Shown piece after piece: positions 18,864 through 27,137 of a stretch of DNA of 64,000 nucleotides. This DNA comes from a virus. Its lineage: Duplodnaviria; Caudoviricetes. Where the stretch lies: positions 8,958 to 72,957 of the IMG/VR virus record IMGVR_UViG_3300002446_000068, one strand, 5' to 3'. The stretch's first letter is position 1. Every line of letters begins with the position of its first letter. A program made the position numbers and the translations under genes. The notes below the pieces were generated by a model that was not told the DNA's origin, did no database searches, and was given only the letters and a program-made list of their open reading frames with translations.

Positions 18864-20129
18864 ATGCCTTATCCTGGTGTGCCGGACGACAAAGTTGCCG
18901 ACATGGAATCTTGCGTCGAGAAAGTAATGGCGGAGGGCAAAGACAAGGACTCTGCCATAGCAATTTGCATGGATAGCATTATGGGCTTCACTATAGAAAT
19001 TGTCCAAGACCCCACCGAAATCAATGCTGTACTTGGTGGTTCCTATCTTCCCGGGGAACTACTCCGCTGGGAGAACATGGAACTAGCGCGTGCGGAAGTC
19101 AACGCCAACCGCGACGAATTGGATGACACCAACATTACCTCCATTGCAGAAACCCTCCCCCTCATGCCCATTGACGATGAGCACAAGCAAGACAAGGTAG
19201 TCGGCATCTTTACAGCGGCCCGAAACGAAGGAGGGCGCTTGCTGACGGACGGCATTATCTACGCACGGCGCTATCCCGACATTGCCGAGTTGGTGATGAG
19301 CGGGAAAAAGAAGCCCAGTATCGAAGCGTATGCCGATGTCGCGGTGTGCTCTATCTGCGGCGGCGAGTACCACCGAGCTTCAGAGTATTGCAGCCACTTG
19401 AAAGACAAGCACGGCTCGGGGGCAGTGCGCCGGTTCAAGGGGGATATGCGTGGGGTCGGTGGGGGGATTGTATGGAACCCCGCCGGTTCTACCGCATCAT
19501 TCGACTTGGGTTCTGTCTACATGGTGGCCTCCCATGAAGTGGAGGGGGAGCGCGGCCAAGGACAGGGAGTGGGCGACGAACGGCAAGGGGATGGTGGGAC
19601 AGACACTTGTGTTTGTCCAGAGTGTGGGGCAGAGACGGAGCATCAGAGAGGTACGCCTTGTACTGAACAGCGGTGCCCGAAGTGTGGAGCGGCGATGGCT
19701 GGTGAACCCGCCGCCAAAACAGAAGGAGGGCTACAAATGCCAACGATTGAGGAAATCCAGTCGCAACTAGACGAGGCTTTGACCAAGTTGCAAAAGTGGG
19801 AAGCCGATGGGAGTGAGTTGCAGACAGCCAATGCGAACCTCCAGACCAGTCTGGACGAGGCTACGGCGAAAGTCGCTGCTCTCGAATCGGACCTTGAGGC
19901 TCTGCGCAGTGAGAACAAATCTCTGGTCGAGGCCAACCGTCGGCACGTGCTGGCGAGTGTTATGACCAGTGAGGAGTTCGATAAGCAGCGGGACGTTGTG
20001 ATGTCGATGTCCGATGAAGCCGTGACGCTGCTGGCCGCCAAGGGGGCGAAGGCTCAAAAGACCGAGCCTGCGAAACAGCCCGTTACCAACCTGGACCCGC
20101 CCAGCGGCGACCAGGAAATCACGTTGTAG
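18864..20129 (+). CDS. Prohead protease fused to scaffold protein
   Basis: PIDDEH...VVG, KPSIEA, CSICG..CSH; C-terminal coiled coil; directly upstream of capsid genes. Confidence 0.75.
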   Translation: MPYPGVPDDKVADMESCVEKVMAEGKDKDSAIAICMDSIMGFTIEIVQDPTEINAVLGGSYLPGELLRWENMELARAEVNANRDELDDTNITSIAETLPLMPIDDEHKQDKVVGIFTAARNEGGRLLTDGIIYARRYPDIAELVMSGKKKPSIEAYADVAVCSICGGEYHRASEYCSHLKDKHGSGAVRRFKGDMRGVGGGIVWNPAGSTASFDLGSVYMVASHEVEGERGQGQGVGDERQGDGGTDTCVCPECGAETEHQRGTPCTEQRCPKCGAAMAGEPAAKTEGGLQMPTIEEIQSQLDEALTKLQKWEADGSELQTANANLQTSLDEATAKVAALESDLEALRSENKSLVEANRRHVLASVMTSEEFDKQRDVVMSMSDEAVTLLAAKGAKAQKTEPAKQPVTNLDPPSGDQEITL

Positions 20130-20138
20130 GAGGTTCAC

Positions 20139-20594
20139 ATGGCCCAAGAAGTGTTTATCGGTGATGTGGACGGTCGAGCGTGGCGCGATGGCAAGGAGCT
20201 ATATGCGTCCGAAACGATTGCACCTGGCCTTTTGTGCATCGTTACAGGCGGGTCGAGTGTGGCCCTTGCGGACGCTACCGATCAGCCGGATGGCGTTGCC
20301 TACGGCGCTCGCCACCAGGAGTACCGTCCGACATCAAAATCTTTCGCTAAAGACGAAGCGATGGTCTTGCTCAAGGGCGACTTTGTGTGCTGGTATTCCG
20401 CCGACTTTTTCGTCGGGGAAACCGTGCCCACTGTTGGCGACACCATCTACTCTGCCGCAGACGGCACGATGGACACGTCCGGCACGTACAAGGTCGGCAA
20501 GTGTACCCGTGCTCTCTCGCGTGTCGAGGAAGTGGCTGGGGTAGGTGCATCCCAGAGCTTGGTCGAAATCCTGTTTGAGATTGGAAAACCATAA
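20139..20594 (+). CDS. Capsid decoration/cement protein (putative)
   Basis: Position between scaffold and major capsid; beta-clip-like sequence. Confidence 0.65.
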   Translation: MAQEVFIGDVDGRAWRDGKELYASETIAPGLLCIVTGGSSVALADATDQPDGVAYGARHQEYRPTSKSFAKDEAMVLLKGDFVCWYSADFFVGETVPTVGDTIYSAADGTMDTSGTYKVGKCTRALSRVEEVAGVGASQSLVEILFEIGKP

Positions 20595-20605
20595 AGGAGG
20601 TAATC

Positions 20606-21550
20606 ATGGCACAGCTTAAAGACGCTATCAGCTTCGACAAGAAAGCCGGTCAGTTCGTGATCGCCTCCCAGTACAGCCCGGAGAAGGTTGACGCGATGCT
20701 CCGGGAGATTGCGTATGAGGCGCAATCGGGCGTAGACATCCAGGACACCCATGCTATGCTGGCGCAGAACATCGTCGAGCCGATTCGGCAGACGGTTCCG
20801 TATGTCGAAATGTACTCGATGTTCTTCACCAAGCAAACCATTGGGGAGCTTGAGGACAATGCCATTCCTATCGAGGACATCCCGACGGTGGTCTGGGAAA
20901 CCCACCGAGATGGGCAGGTCATGTTCGTCCGTGCCAACTATCGTTGGACCCGACCGTCCTTCACCACGTTTGACTATGGCATTGAAGTTTCGTGGGACGA
21001 CCTGCGCCGTGCTGGGTGGAACTATCTGGAGCGCCAGATGCGTTATGCAGCCGAAGGTCTGGCCCGCAAGCGTGACGTGAAGGCTCTAGCTGTTCTTGTG
21101 GCGGCTATCCCCGATGGCCACGCCGACACTGTGTCCGGTGGGTCTTTGACCCGCGCATCGGTAAAGAGCTTGCTGAAAGAGGCGGCTACCATCGGATTCC
21201 CGATGACCCAATGCCTTGTGAACGCTGGCACTGTTACCGATATGGCCGAGTGGACGTTCCCGACTGGGCAACAGGCTCCCGATGGGGCGCAAGACCAGTT
21301 GGTCCAGAACTTGTACCTGGGCAGCTACGGCGGGTGCAGCTTTATCGCCAACCCCCATGCTTCAACCACTGTGCTGTACTTCAGTGGACCTGCGGTGAAC
21401 ACTGGCTACAACCAGCAACGGGGTTCGTTCAAGACTGCATCGGACGTAGACATCCGCAAGAAACTGGACCTGCACGCCGTTTACGACATGGATCACGCCT
21501 GGTACGTGGGGAATGGGTACAACCTGCGGTCGCTCACGATCACGAGCTAG
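20606..21550 (+). CDS. Major capsid protein (HK97 fold inferred)
   Basis: 314 aa, AAGGAGG RBS, canonical position. Confidence 0.8.
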   Translation: MAQLKDAISFDKKAGQFVIASQYSPEKVDAMLREIAYEAQSGVDIQDTHAMLAQNIVEPIRQTVPYVEMYSMFFTKQTIGELEDNAIPIEDIPTVVWETHRDGQVMFVRANYRWTRPSFTTFDYGIEVSWDDLRRAGWNYLERQMRYAAEGLARKRDVKALAVLVAAIPDGHADTVSGGSLTRASVKSLLKEAATIGFPMTQCLVNAGTVTDMAEWTFPTGQQAPDGAQDQLVQNLYLGSYGGCSFIANPHASTTVLYFSGPAVNTGYNQQRGSFKTASDVDIRKKLDLHAVYDMDHAWYVGNGYNLRSLTITS

Positions 21551-21571
21551 TATAACGAAGGGAGATTCGAG

Positions 21572-22129
21572 ATGACAAACGTAACAGAAAAAAAGGGCAG
21601 GTGGCTCGTCGTCCGGAACTTGACAGTGAATAACCGTCACTTTCCGCACCCCGATAGGGACGCAAAGGACGACGAGCACCTGAGCCTTGGTTCCTTTGAA
21701 GAGGCAATCATCGACCCTGTATGGCTGGACTCACCGTCGTTTGTACGGCACATTCGCACGGAAGATAATCCAGATGGGTACATTCAGGTCGAGTGGACAG
21801 ACACGTTGCCCTCCAACAAGTTCAATATCGAGACGATTGTTGAGGCGTTTACGCGGCTAGAAATGCCGCGTCCGATGGCCCTTCATGCGTACTATATCTG
21901 CGCGATGGACCCCATTCCCGACGAGTACGCATCGTTCATCGACTTGGAACCGTCGGCAGATAGCGTGCGGCGTTTTGGCCCAACATCCATCACGGCCCAT
22001 TGGGATTTGTTGAACGACCACCTGCCTTGGTTGCGGGAAGTGCGTTCGTTGGAACAGAAGTGGCGCAAGCGTGACGCTTTGTTGGCATGGCTTGACGCCC
22101 GTATCGCAGAGCTTGAAAGTAGGCGATGA
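21572..22129 (+). CDS. Hypothetical head-region protein
   Basis: ORF track; operon context. Confidence 0.6.
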   Translation: MTNVTEKKGRWLVVRNLTVNNRHFPHPDRDAKDDEHLSLGSFEEAIIDPVWLDSPSFVRHIRTEDNPDGYIQVEWTDTLPSNKFNIETIVEAFTRLEMPRPMALHAYYICAMDPIPDEYASFIDLEPSADSVRRFGPTSITAHWDLLNDHLPWLREVRSLEQKWRKRDALLAWLDARIAELESRR

Positions 22130-22929
22130 GCTACGATCTGAAGGTTCGCGGGATTAAGGATTTCCGGCGTAATGTAGACCGGCTAAAAACCCAAGTGCGT
22201 GACCCTCTTGAGGGCAGCGTTGGGTCCAACGCCGTCTTTCGGGCCAGGTACTATCCAATCTCAAGCGACCCGACGCCGGTGGTGTACACGTCCGGCTCTT
22301 TGTCGGCGGACCTGTACACATTGGACCGTGACAGTGGGACGGTGGTGTTCGACAATGCACCTGCTGTCCAACCTACCATGACATACAAATGGTCAAATAT
22401 GACCGATGATGAAGTGGTAGACGTTTTGGTCAACGCCTTTGACGAGATGGAGAGCCGGTGGCCCAGACGGTTCAAGTTGGTAGATTCGGATGGGAGTGCC
22501 GTGCTGTACCCAGAGGATGCCACAGAGGTCAATGTTGTCGATAGTAGCGGCAACGACCCAACGTGCGGCAGCGACACGTTCTCTACATCATCGGTGGAAC
22601 GGGCATTCCTGATGGCTTGTGCGCGGTATCGGTATCTTGCTGAAAAGATGGACCAGGCCGCAGAGCGGGACTTTATGTATAGAGAGGACCGTGGCATTAC
22701 CGTTGACAAGCGAGAGGTGCCCAAGAACCTGGACCTTGCCCTAAAGAAAGCGGACGGGGATGTCCAGCGTGCGTTGCGTAGCGCCCAAGTGGGATACTTT
22801 GCCACCGGTGCAGGACTGGGCGTTGCCTTGAAGCAGCCTGGGACCAAGGACTACTTCACCGACTACGAGTGGCAGACGGATTCTCGGGACCAAGACTACA
22901 GGAACACGTATGCTGGGACCGGCAGATAG
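22126..22929 (+). CDS. Head-tail adaptor-like protein
   Basis: Position; helical C-terminus. Confidence 0.5.
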   Translation: MSYDLKVRGIKDFRRNVDRLKTQVRDPLEGSVGSNAVFRARYYPISSDPTPVVYTSGSLSADLYTLDRDSGTVVFDNAPAVQPTMTYKWSNMTDDEVVDVLVNAFDEMESRWPRRFKLVDSDGSAVLYPEDATEVNVVDSSGNDPTCGSDTFSTSSVERAFLMACARYRYLAEKMDQAAERDFMYREDRGITVDKREVPKNLDLALKKADGDVQRALRSAQVGYFATGAGLGVALKQPGTKDYFTDYEWQTDSRDQDYRNTYAGTGR

Positions 22930-23383
22930 GCATGAGGTTGAACGCACGCTAGCGGGCGTGCGCAACAACTATCGGTCATTCCACATCGCCTACCCGGTTA
23001 CAGAAACCGAGTGTGGGACGTGTGGCTTTGACGAGTTCACGCAATCCGCCCTGGACCCATCGTGCCCGGAGTGCGATGGAATCGGCAAGACCTTTACCTG
23101 GGCTACCTTAGAGGTACTGGGGCGGTTGCAGCATTATGATTTCGTCAAGCTCTCTGCTGCTGGGATTCCCCCGGGAATTGAAGTGGGGGACTTGGTTACG
23201 TACACAAGCGGGGACGTGAAAGACTCTATCTTGGAAGCAAGGGCGTCGCGGTATGGTTATGCCTACATAGATGGAGATACCTACCGCCCATTCTCTATCC
23301 AGCCGACAGGGGTCGGGCATGCAGATGAATGGCGGACAGAATGGAAAAGGACCAAGGTAGATGCCAGAGCTACAGGATATTGA
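22910..23383 (+). CDS. Head-closure-like protein with CxxC pairs
   Basis: CGTC..CPEC; position. Confidence 0.5.
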   Translation: MLGPADRHEVERTLAGVRNNYRSFHIAYPVTETECGTCGFDEFTQSALDPSCPECDGIGKTFTWATLEVLGRLQHYDFVKLSAAGIPPGIEVGDLVTYTSGDVKDSILEARASRYGYAYIDGDTYRPFSIQPTGVGHADEWRTEWKRTKVDARATGY

Positions 23384-23469
23384 CAAGACCGTAGATTGTG
23401 CAATCGCCAAGATTCTAAACTGTCTTGACAATCGTGGCGACGTGAAGACGATGGTATTGAAGGAGTTAA

Positions 23470-24276
23470 ATGGCATCCGGCGGTACGTCAAGAAACTTGA
23501 TAGCGGAGATAAGGAAAAAGAAGCGCCTTCTGCTGAACTGCGGTGAGCAAATATCAGACAACGCAGCAAATTTCTTGGTGTCGGAGCTTAGGGCAAACAC
23601 GCCCGGTCCCGACAAGAATCCGCTGAATACCGGGACCCTTTTAAAAGCGATTACCCAAAAGACAAGGCCCAAGAAAGTCAGAAGTGGGGTGTGGGTAGTC
23701 GGTGTTGGCAACCTGAAGAAGCTGGGCAGTTCTGGGACCAATGCACCCCGCAATACCATCCGAGATTTCCTGAATGACCACCGAGGCCCTTATGAGGCCG
23801 AGCTTGCCAAGAAGCAACAGGAGTGGGACAAGAGGCGGCTTGAGGAAATAAAGGCTGAGGAAGCAGCCAAGAGAGCAGCGCGGGAAGCAAGGCATAAGGC
23901 CAAGTTAGAAAGGCGGCGAGCCGAAAAGCGTCGCAAGGCCGAGCGCAAGATCGAAAAAATCGCCAACGAGATTGCCGACATAAACCAGTCATTGAATTAT
24001 GTCAATGACAGAATCGACAATGTAGAGAAGCAGTACAAGATTCTTTGGGATACAGAGGTCAGGCTAAACCCTCCCAAGCAAAGGAAGGGGGAGGCAGAGA
24101 AGACATGGCAAGAGCGGGTGGATGCGTACAACCAGAGAAAGGTAAAGCGGCAGCAGAGGATGGACATTACCCGGAAACGGTTGGATTCCTATCAGGCGCG
24201 ACGCCGCGAGCTTCTTGAGCGGAAGCGGAAATTGGAGCGACGTGAGGACAGACTCGCGACAGCATTGGGGTACTAG
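23470..24276 (+). CDS. HK97 gp10-like N-terminus followed by a long charged coiled coil
   Basis: AAGGAG RBS; ELRANTP..TGTLLKAI; E/K/R-rich tail. Confidence 0.5.
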   Translation: MASGGTSRNLIAEIRKKKRLLLNCGEQISDNAANFLVSELRANTPGPDKNPLNTGTLLKAITQKTRPKKVRSGVWVVGVGNLKKLGSSGTNAPRNTIRDFLNDHRGPYEAELAKKQQEWDKRRLEEIKAEEAAKRAAREARHKAKLERRRAEKRRKAERKIEKIANEIADINQSLNYVNDRIDNVEKQYKILWDTEVRLNPPKQRKGEAEKTWQERVDAYNQRKVKRQQRMDITRKRLDSYQARRRELLERKRKLERREDRLATALGY

Positions 24277-24304
24277 ACATTCTTGGCAAAATGGTGTATG
24301 ATAA

Positions 24305-24574
24305 ATGGCACAGGGTGGTGGACCGGAAAAAGCCTGGTGGAATCTTCCCCCGGGCCTGAAACGAATACTGCAAAGAGAGCGACTTGCTGGAAAGTATGGG
24401 GGCGAAAGCGGCGTGGGTGCTGGCAAGGCTCCCTATTTTTGGGCGCAAGAGCGTGGGAAAGATTCGGCTTCCATCACCGGCCAGTGGTTTGCTTTGGAGT
24501 CATGGCTCGCACTTAGAGACAAAGGACAGAAGATACTGGATTACAATTTACGCGCAATCCTGTCAGGTAAATAG
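24305..24574 (+). CDS. Small protein resembling a gp10-like C-terminus
   Basis: KAPYFWAQERG...WFALES. Confidence 0.45.
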   Translation: MAQGGGPEKAWWNLPPGLKRILQRERLAGKYGGESGVGAGKAPYFWAQERGKDSASITGQWFALESWLALRDKGQKILDYNLRAILSGK

Positions 24575-24618
24575 TGGCCGCCCCACTTCTGGCAGATTAG
24601 CGGAAGGGCAGAACCCGG

Positions 24619-25158
24619 ATGCAGCACAACCGAAACATTCGTGTCTCGATAAAAGAGCACGTCAAGACGGCGTTTGAAACCCCCGGCATTGGGGGCTTGA
24701 GCGCATTTAACGTCTATGGCGAGAACAATCTTCCCCAAGTCAACCCTTCTTTTACCCCGGAGCGGCCCTACCTTTTCCTAGTCGATAGCAACATCCAGCC
24801 CACAGTTTTGGACCTGCCCCTCATTGTGTTGGAGATAAGCCCGATTGTCAGCAGCGTGACAGAGTTGGGCAGAACGTCAAGGCAGGCTGAACTTAATGCG
24901 CACGTCTATGGCCGGAACCGTGGAGAGCGGGACGATCTCGCCTCTTACCTTCAGGACTATTTGGTTACATCCGGGTCCGGAAACAAAGTCACGGTGCGCG
25001 ATTATGGCACCAGCGGTACACCCGTGCTCGATATTGGAGAGGTCCAGGTTCCCGTTGGGGTCTGGGCCATTTCAAGAGTTCCCGAGTTTGTGAGAGATGA
25101 GGCCAGCGTCTCGAACGAAAATATCGTCAATTGTGTCGTTCAGTTCAAACTAAAGTAG
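24619..25158 (+). CDS. Tail terminator-like protein
   Basis: Immediately upstream of the tail tube gene. Confidence 0.5.
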   Translation: MQHNRNIRVSIKEHVKTAFETPGIGGLSAFNVYGENNLPQVNPSFTPERPYLFLVDSNIQPTVLDLPLIVLEISPIVSSVTELGRTSRQAELNAHVYGRNRGERDDLASYLQDYLVTSGSGNKVTVRDYGTSGTPVLDIGEVQVPVGVWAISRVPEFVRDEASVSNENIVNCVVQFKLK

Positions 25159-25168
25159 GAGGCTGAAA

Positions 25169-26179
25169 ATGCCAACAGAACCAACGGATTATGGAAAACT
25201 TGGTCACCAATACTATGTGTGGCTTGACAATCAGGGCAGCGGGGAAGCGGAAATCTACTGCGACCGTGTCCAGAGCTTCGAGCCTACCACAACCATCGGC
25301 CTGGAAAAGTCTTACGAATTGGGTCGTAAGGGACCGACAGGCTCAAGTGAGGACGTGCCCGATGTGCGCGTCACCTGGGAGGAGAACTGGGTCAAGTGGG
25401 AACAGGGATTGTACCAGGCCGGAAAGGTCGTAGCGTCCGATACGTCCTTCAATCTGGGCGACCTGCTGGACAATGATGACGTGATTATCTACATGGCCGC
25501 ATCCGACAAGGATGGAACATTCACCCACGAGTACGTTTTCGACAAGAGCGCAATCAGCGAAATGGCGATGACGTGGCGGGTGGGTGGCCCCATCACTTGC
25601 CGATGGACCCGCGAGGCTGTGAATGGTCGCATCTACCGGCAGGGCTCTCTTACCCACACCAGCCGTGGAGTACTCGACGATGCCAGCGATGGGTCCATCA
25701 ACGCCAAAGATGCGCGTCTGTTCATCTTCACGTCTGGCTGCACCCCCGCCGCATCGGACCGTGTGTACCGGCTGCAAGGGTTCGACGTGAGTGCCCGTTT
25801 CCAGAACTTCTCCGTCAAGGAAATCGGTCGCCGTGACAAAGTGGGCAGCCTGGCCGATGTGCCGGACGTTACCATGTCGCTGGACATCCAGCCTGGTGAC
25901 GACCAGCCCTTGGACCGGTTCTTCAACGACACCGGAACCTACATCAACCTGATGGTCCCTGCCGCCAAGGATGCCCTGATTCGCATCTACGACCCGGGCG
26001 AGGCAGAAGCCAGTTCGGTGCTTGGGGCTATCCACTTGGAGAACCTGAAGCCCAGCGGCACGACCCCGGTCCGGGCGCAGGTCCGTGGCCTTGCTACGGC
26101 TCGCGTGTCCCTTGAAGTGACGAAAGAGGAAACGACCGATACCTCTGGGATGATCTGCTACGTCGGTGATATGCTCTAA
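25169..26179 (+). CDS. Major tail tube protein
   Basis: 336 aa, beta-rich, GGAGG RBS, upstream of chaperone and tape measure. Confidence 0.75.
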   Translation: MPTEPTDYGKLGHQYYVWLDNQGSGEAEIYCDRVQSFEPTTTIGLEKSYELGRKGPTGSSEDVPDVRVTWEENWVKWEQGLYQAGKVVASDTSFNLGDLLDNDDVIIYMAASDKDGTFTHEYVFDKSAISEMAMTWRVGGPITCRWTREAVNGRIYRQGSLTHTSRGVLDDASDGSINAKDARLFIFTSGCTPAASDRVYRLQGFDVSARFQNFSVKEIGRRDKVGSLADVPDVTMSLDIQPGDDQPLDRFFNDTGTYINLMVPAAKDALIRIYDPGEAEASSVLGAIHLENLKPSGTTPVRAQVRGLATARVSLEVTKEETTDTSGMICYVGDML

Positions 26180-26193
26180 CAACGGAGGACAGG

Positions 26194-26898
26194 ATGACTG
26201 TTGATTTTCAACTGGACGATTTATTCAATGTGGAGGCGGTGATGACCTTGCCGGACGGCAAGGAAGTCGTAGTGCGGGTCCTGACGGAGCCAGAGGTGCA
26301 GGAACGGGAAGACTCGGCCCTGCGGGCCTATGAGCGGGAAGACAAGAAACTTAGCGACAAAGAGGGGGACGAGTACAAGCGTGTGCTCGCCCCTCTCGAT
26401 GACGCTACTGTGGACGTGCTCATATCCCTTATCACAGCGGTAGATGCAACGCGCTACAGTGTCCGAGTGGCACGGGATTATCCCTTGCGGTTCTTCCCGT
26501 ATCCTGATGATGCCACCACAGAAGAAAAGATTGCTATCATGCGGCAGGAAGATGAGCATGAGGCGATGGTCCGCGAAAAGAGGCGCAAAGCGGTTGAGGA
26601 ACATATGCTCAAGTTCCGCGAGAACCTAAGCCTCAAGACGGAGGGCGAGTTGCGCACGATGGCCACCAACGCCATTATCAGCGCATCAGCGGACACGGCA
26701 AGGCAGAACGAGTTTCAGGTGCAGACCGTCTATCTGGCCTCAAGACGGGGAGACTCCAAGGGTGCTCCGTTCTGGACTCTGGATGAAGTACGGAATCATG
26801 GCAAGGGCGGGTTAAGCGAGCGCATCTACAACGAAGTCTTGAGCCTGTATGCACAGCTTGATTCTACGGACCCCTGGACGCTTCAAAAAAAACGCTAA
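26194..26898 (+). CDS. Tail assembly chaperone (G-like)
   Basis: Position; ends in CAA AAA AAA CGC TAA slippery run. Confidence 0.75.
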   Translation: MTVDFQLDDLFNVEAVMTLPDGKEVVVRVLTEPEVQEREDSALRAYEREDKKLSDKEGDEYKRVLAPLDDATVDVLISLITAVDATRYSVRVARDYPLRFFPYPDDATTEEKIAIMRQEDEHEAMVREKRRKAVEEHMLKFRENLSLKTEGELRTMATNAIISASADTARQNEFQVQTVYLASRRGDSKGAPFWTLDEVRNHGKGGLSERIYNEVLSLYAQLDSTDPWTLQKKR

Positions 26899-27137
26899 GG
26901 GGTGTGTTTTGGAGCATCTTTGAGGGGGGACACCCGGTGCGGGAAGGGTGGGATGCTCGAAACACGCCCTGGCACTGGGCGCTGCTGCATACGTACCACC
27001 AGGTGTGCAAGAACATTCTTGAGGACTGGTCCTTACGGGATGCAGAGAACCACCCGCCGCCCAAGGATATATGGTTCGACAAGGATGAATTGGAGGCGTG
27101 GCGCAAGGATAGGGAACGGGAAAGGGAACATAAGTGA
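26886..27137 (+). CDS. Tail chaperone -1 frameshift extension (T-like)
   Basis: A AAA AAA heptamer at 26886-26892; -1 frame open to 27137 (TLRGVFWSIFEGG...). Confidence 0.7.
   Translation, partial: KKTLRGVFWSIFEGGHPVREGWDARNTPWHWALLHTYHQVCKNILEDWSLRDAENHPPPKDIWFDKDELEAWRKDREREREHK

Noticed and set aside
23361-23546. 61-aa ORF
   Set aside because: Overlaps the better supported 23470 ORF by 77 nt and has a weak RBS; left uncalled
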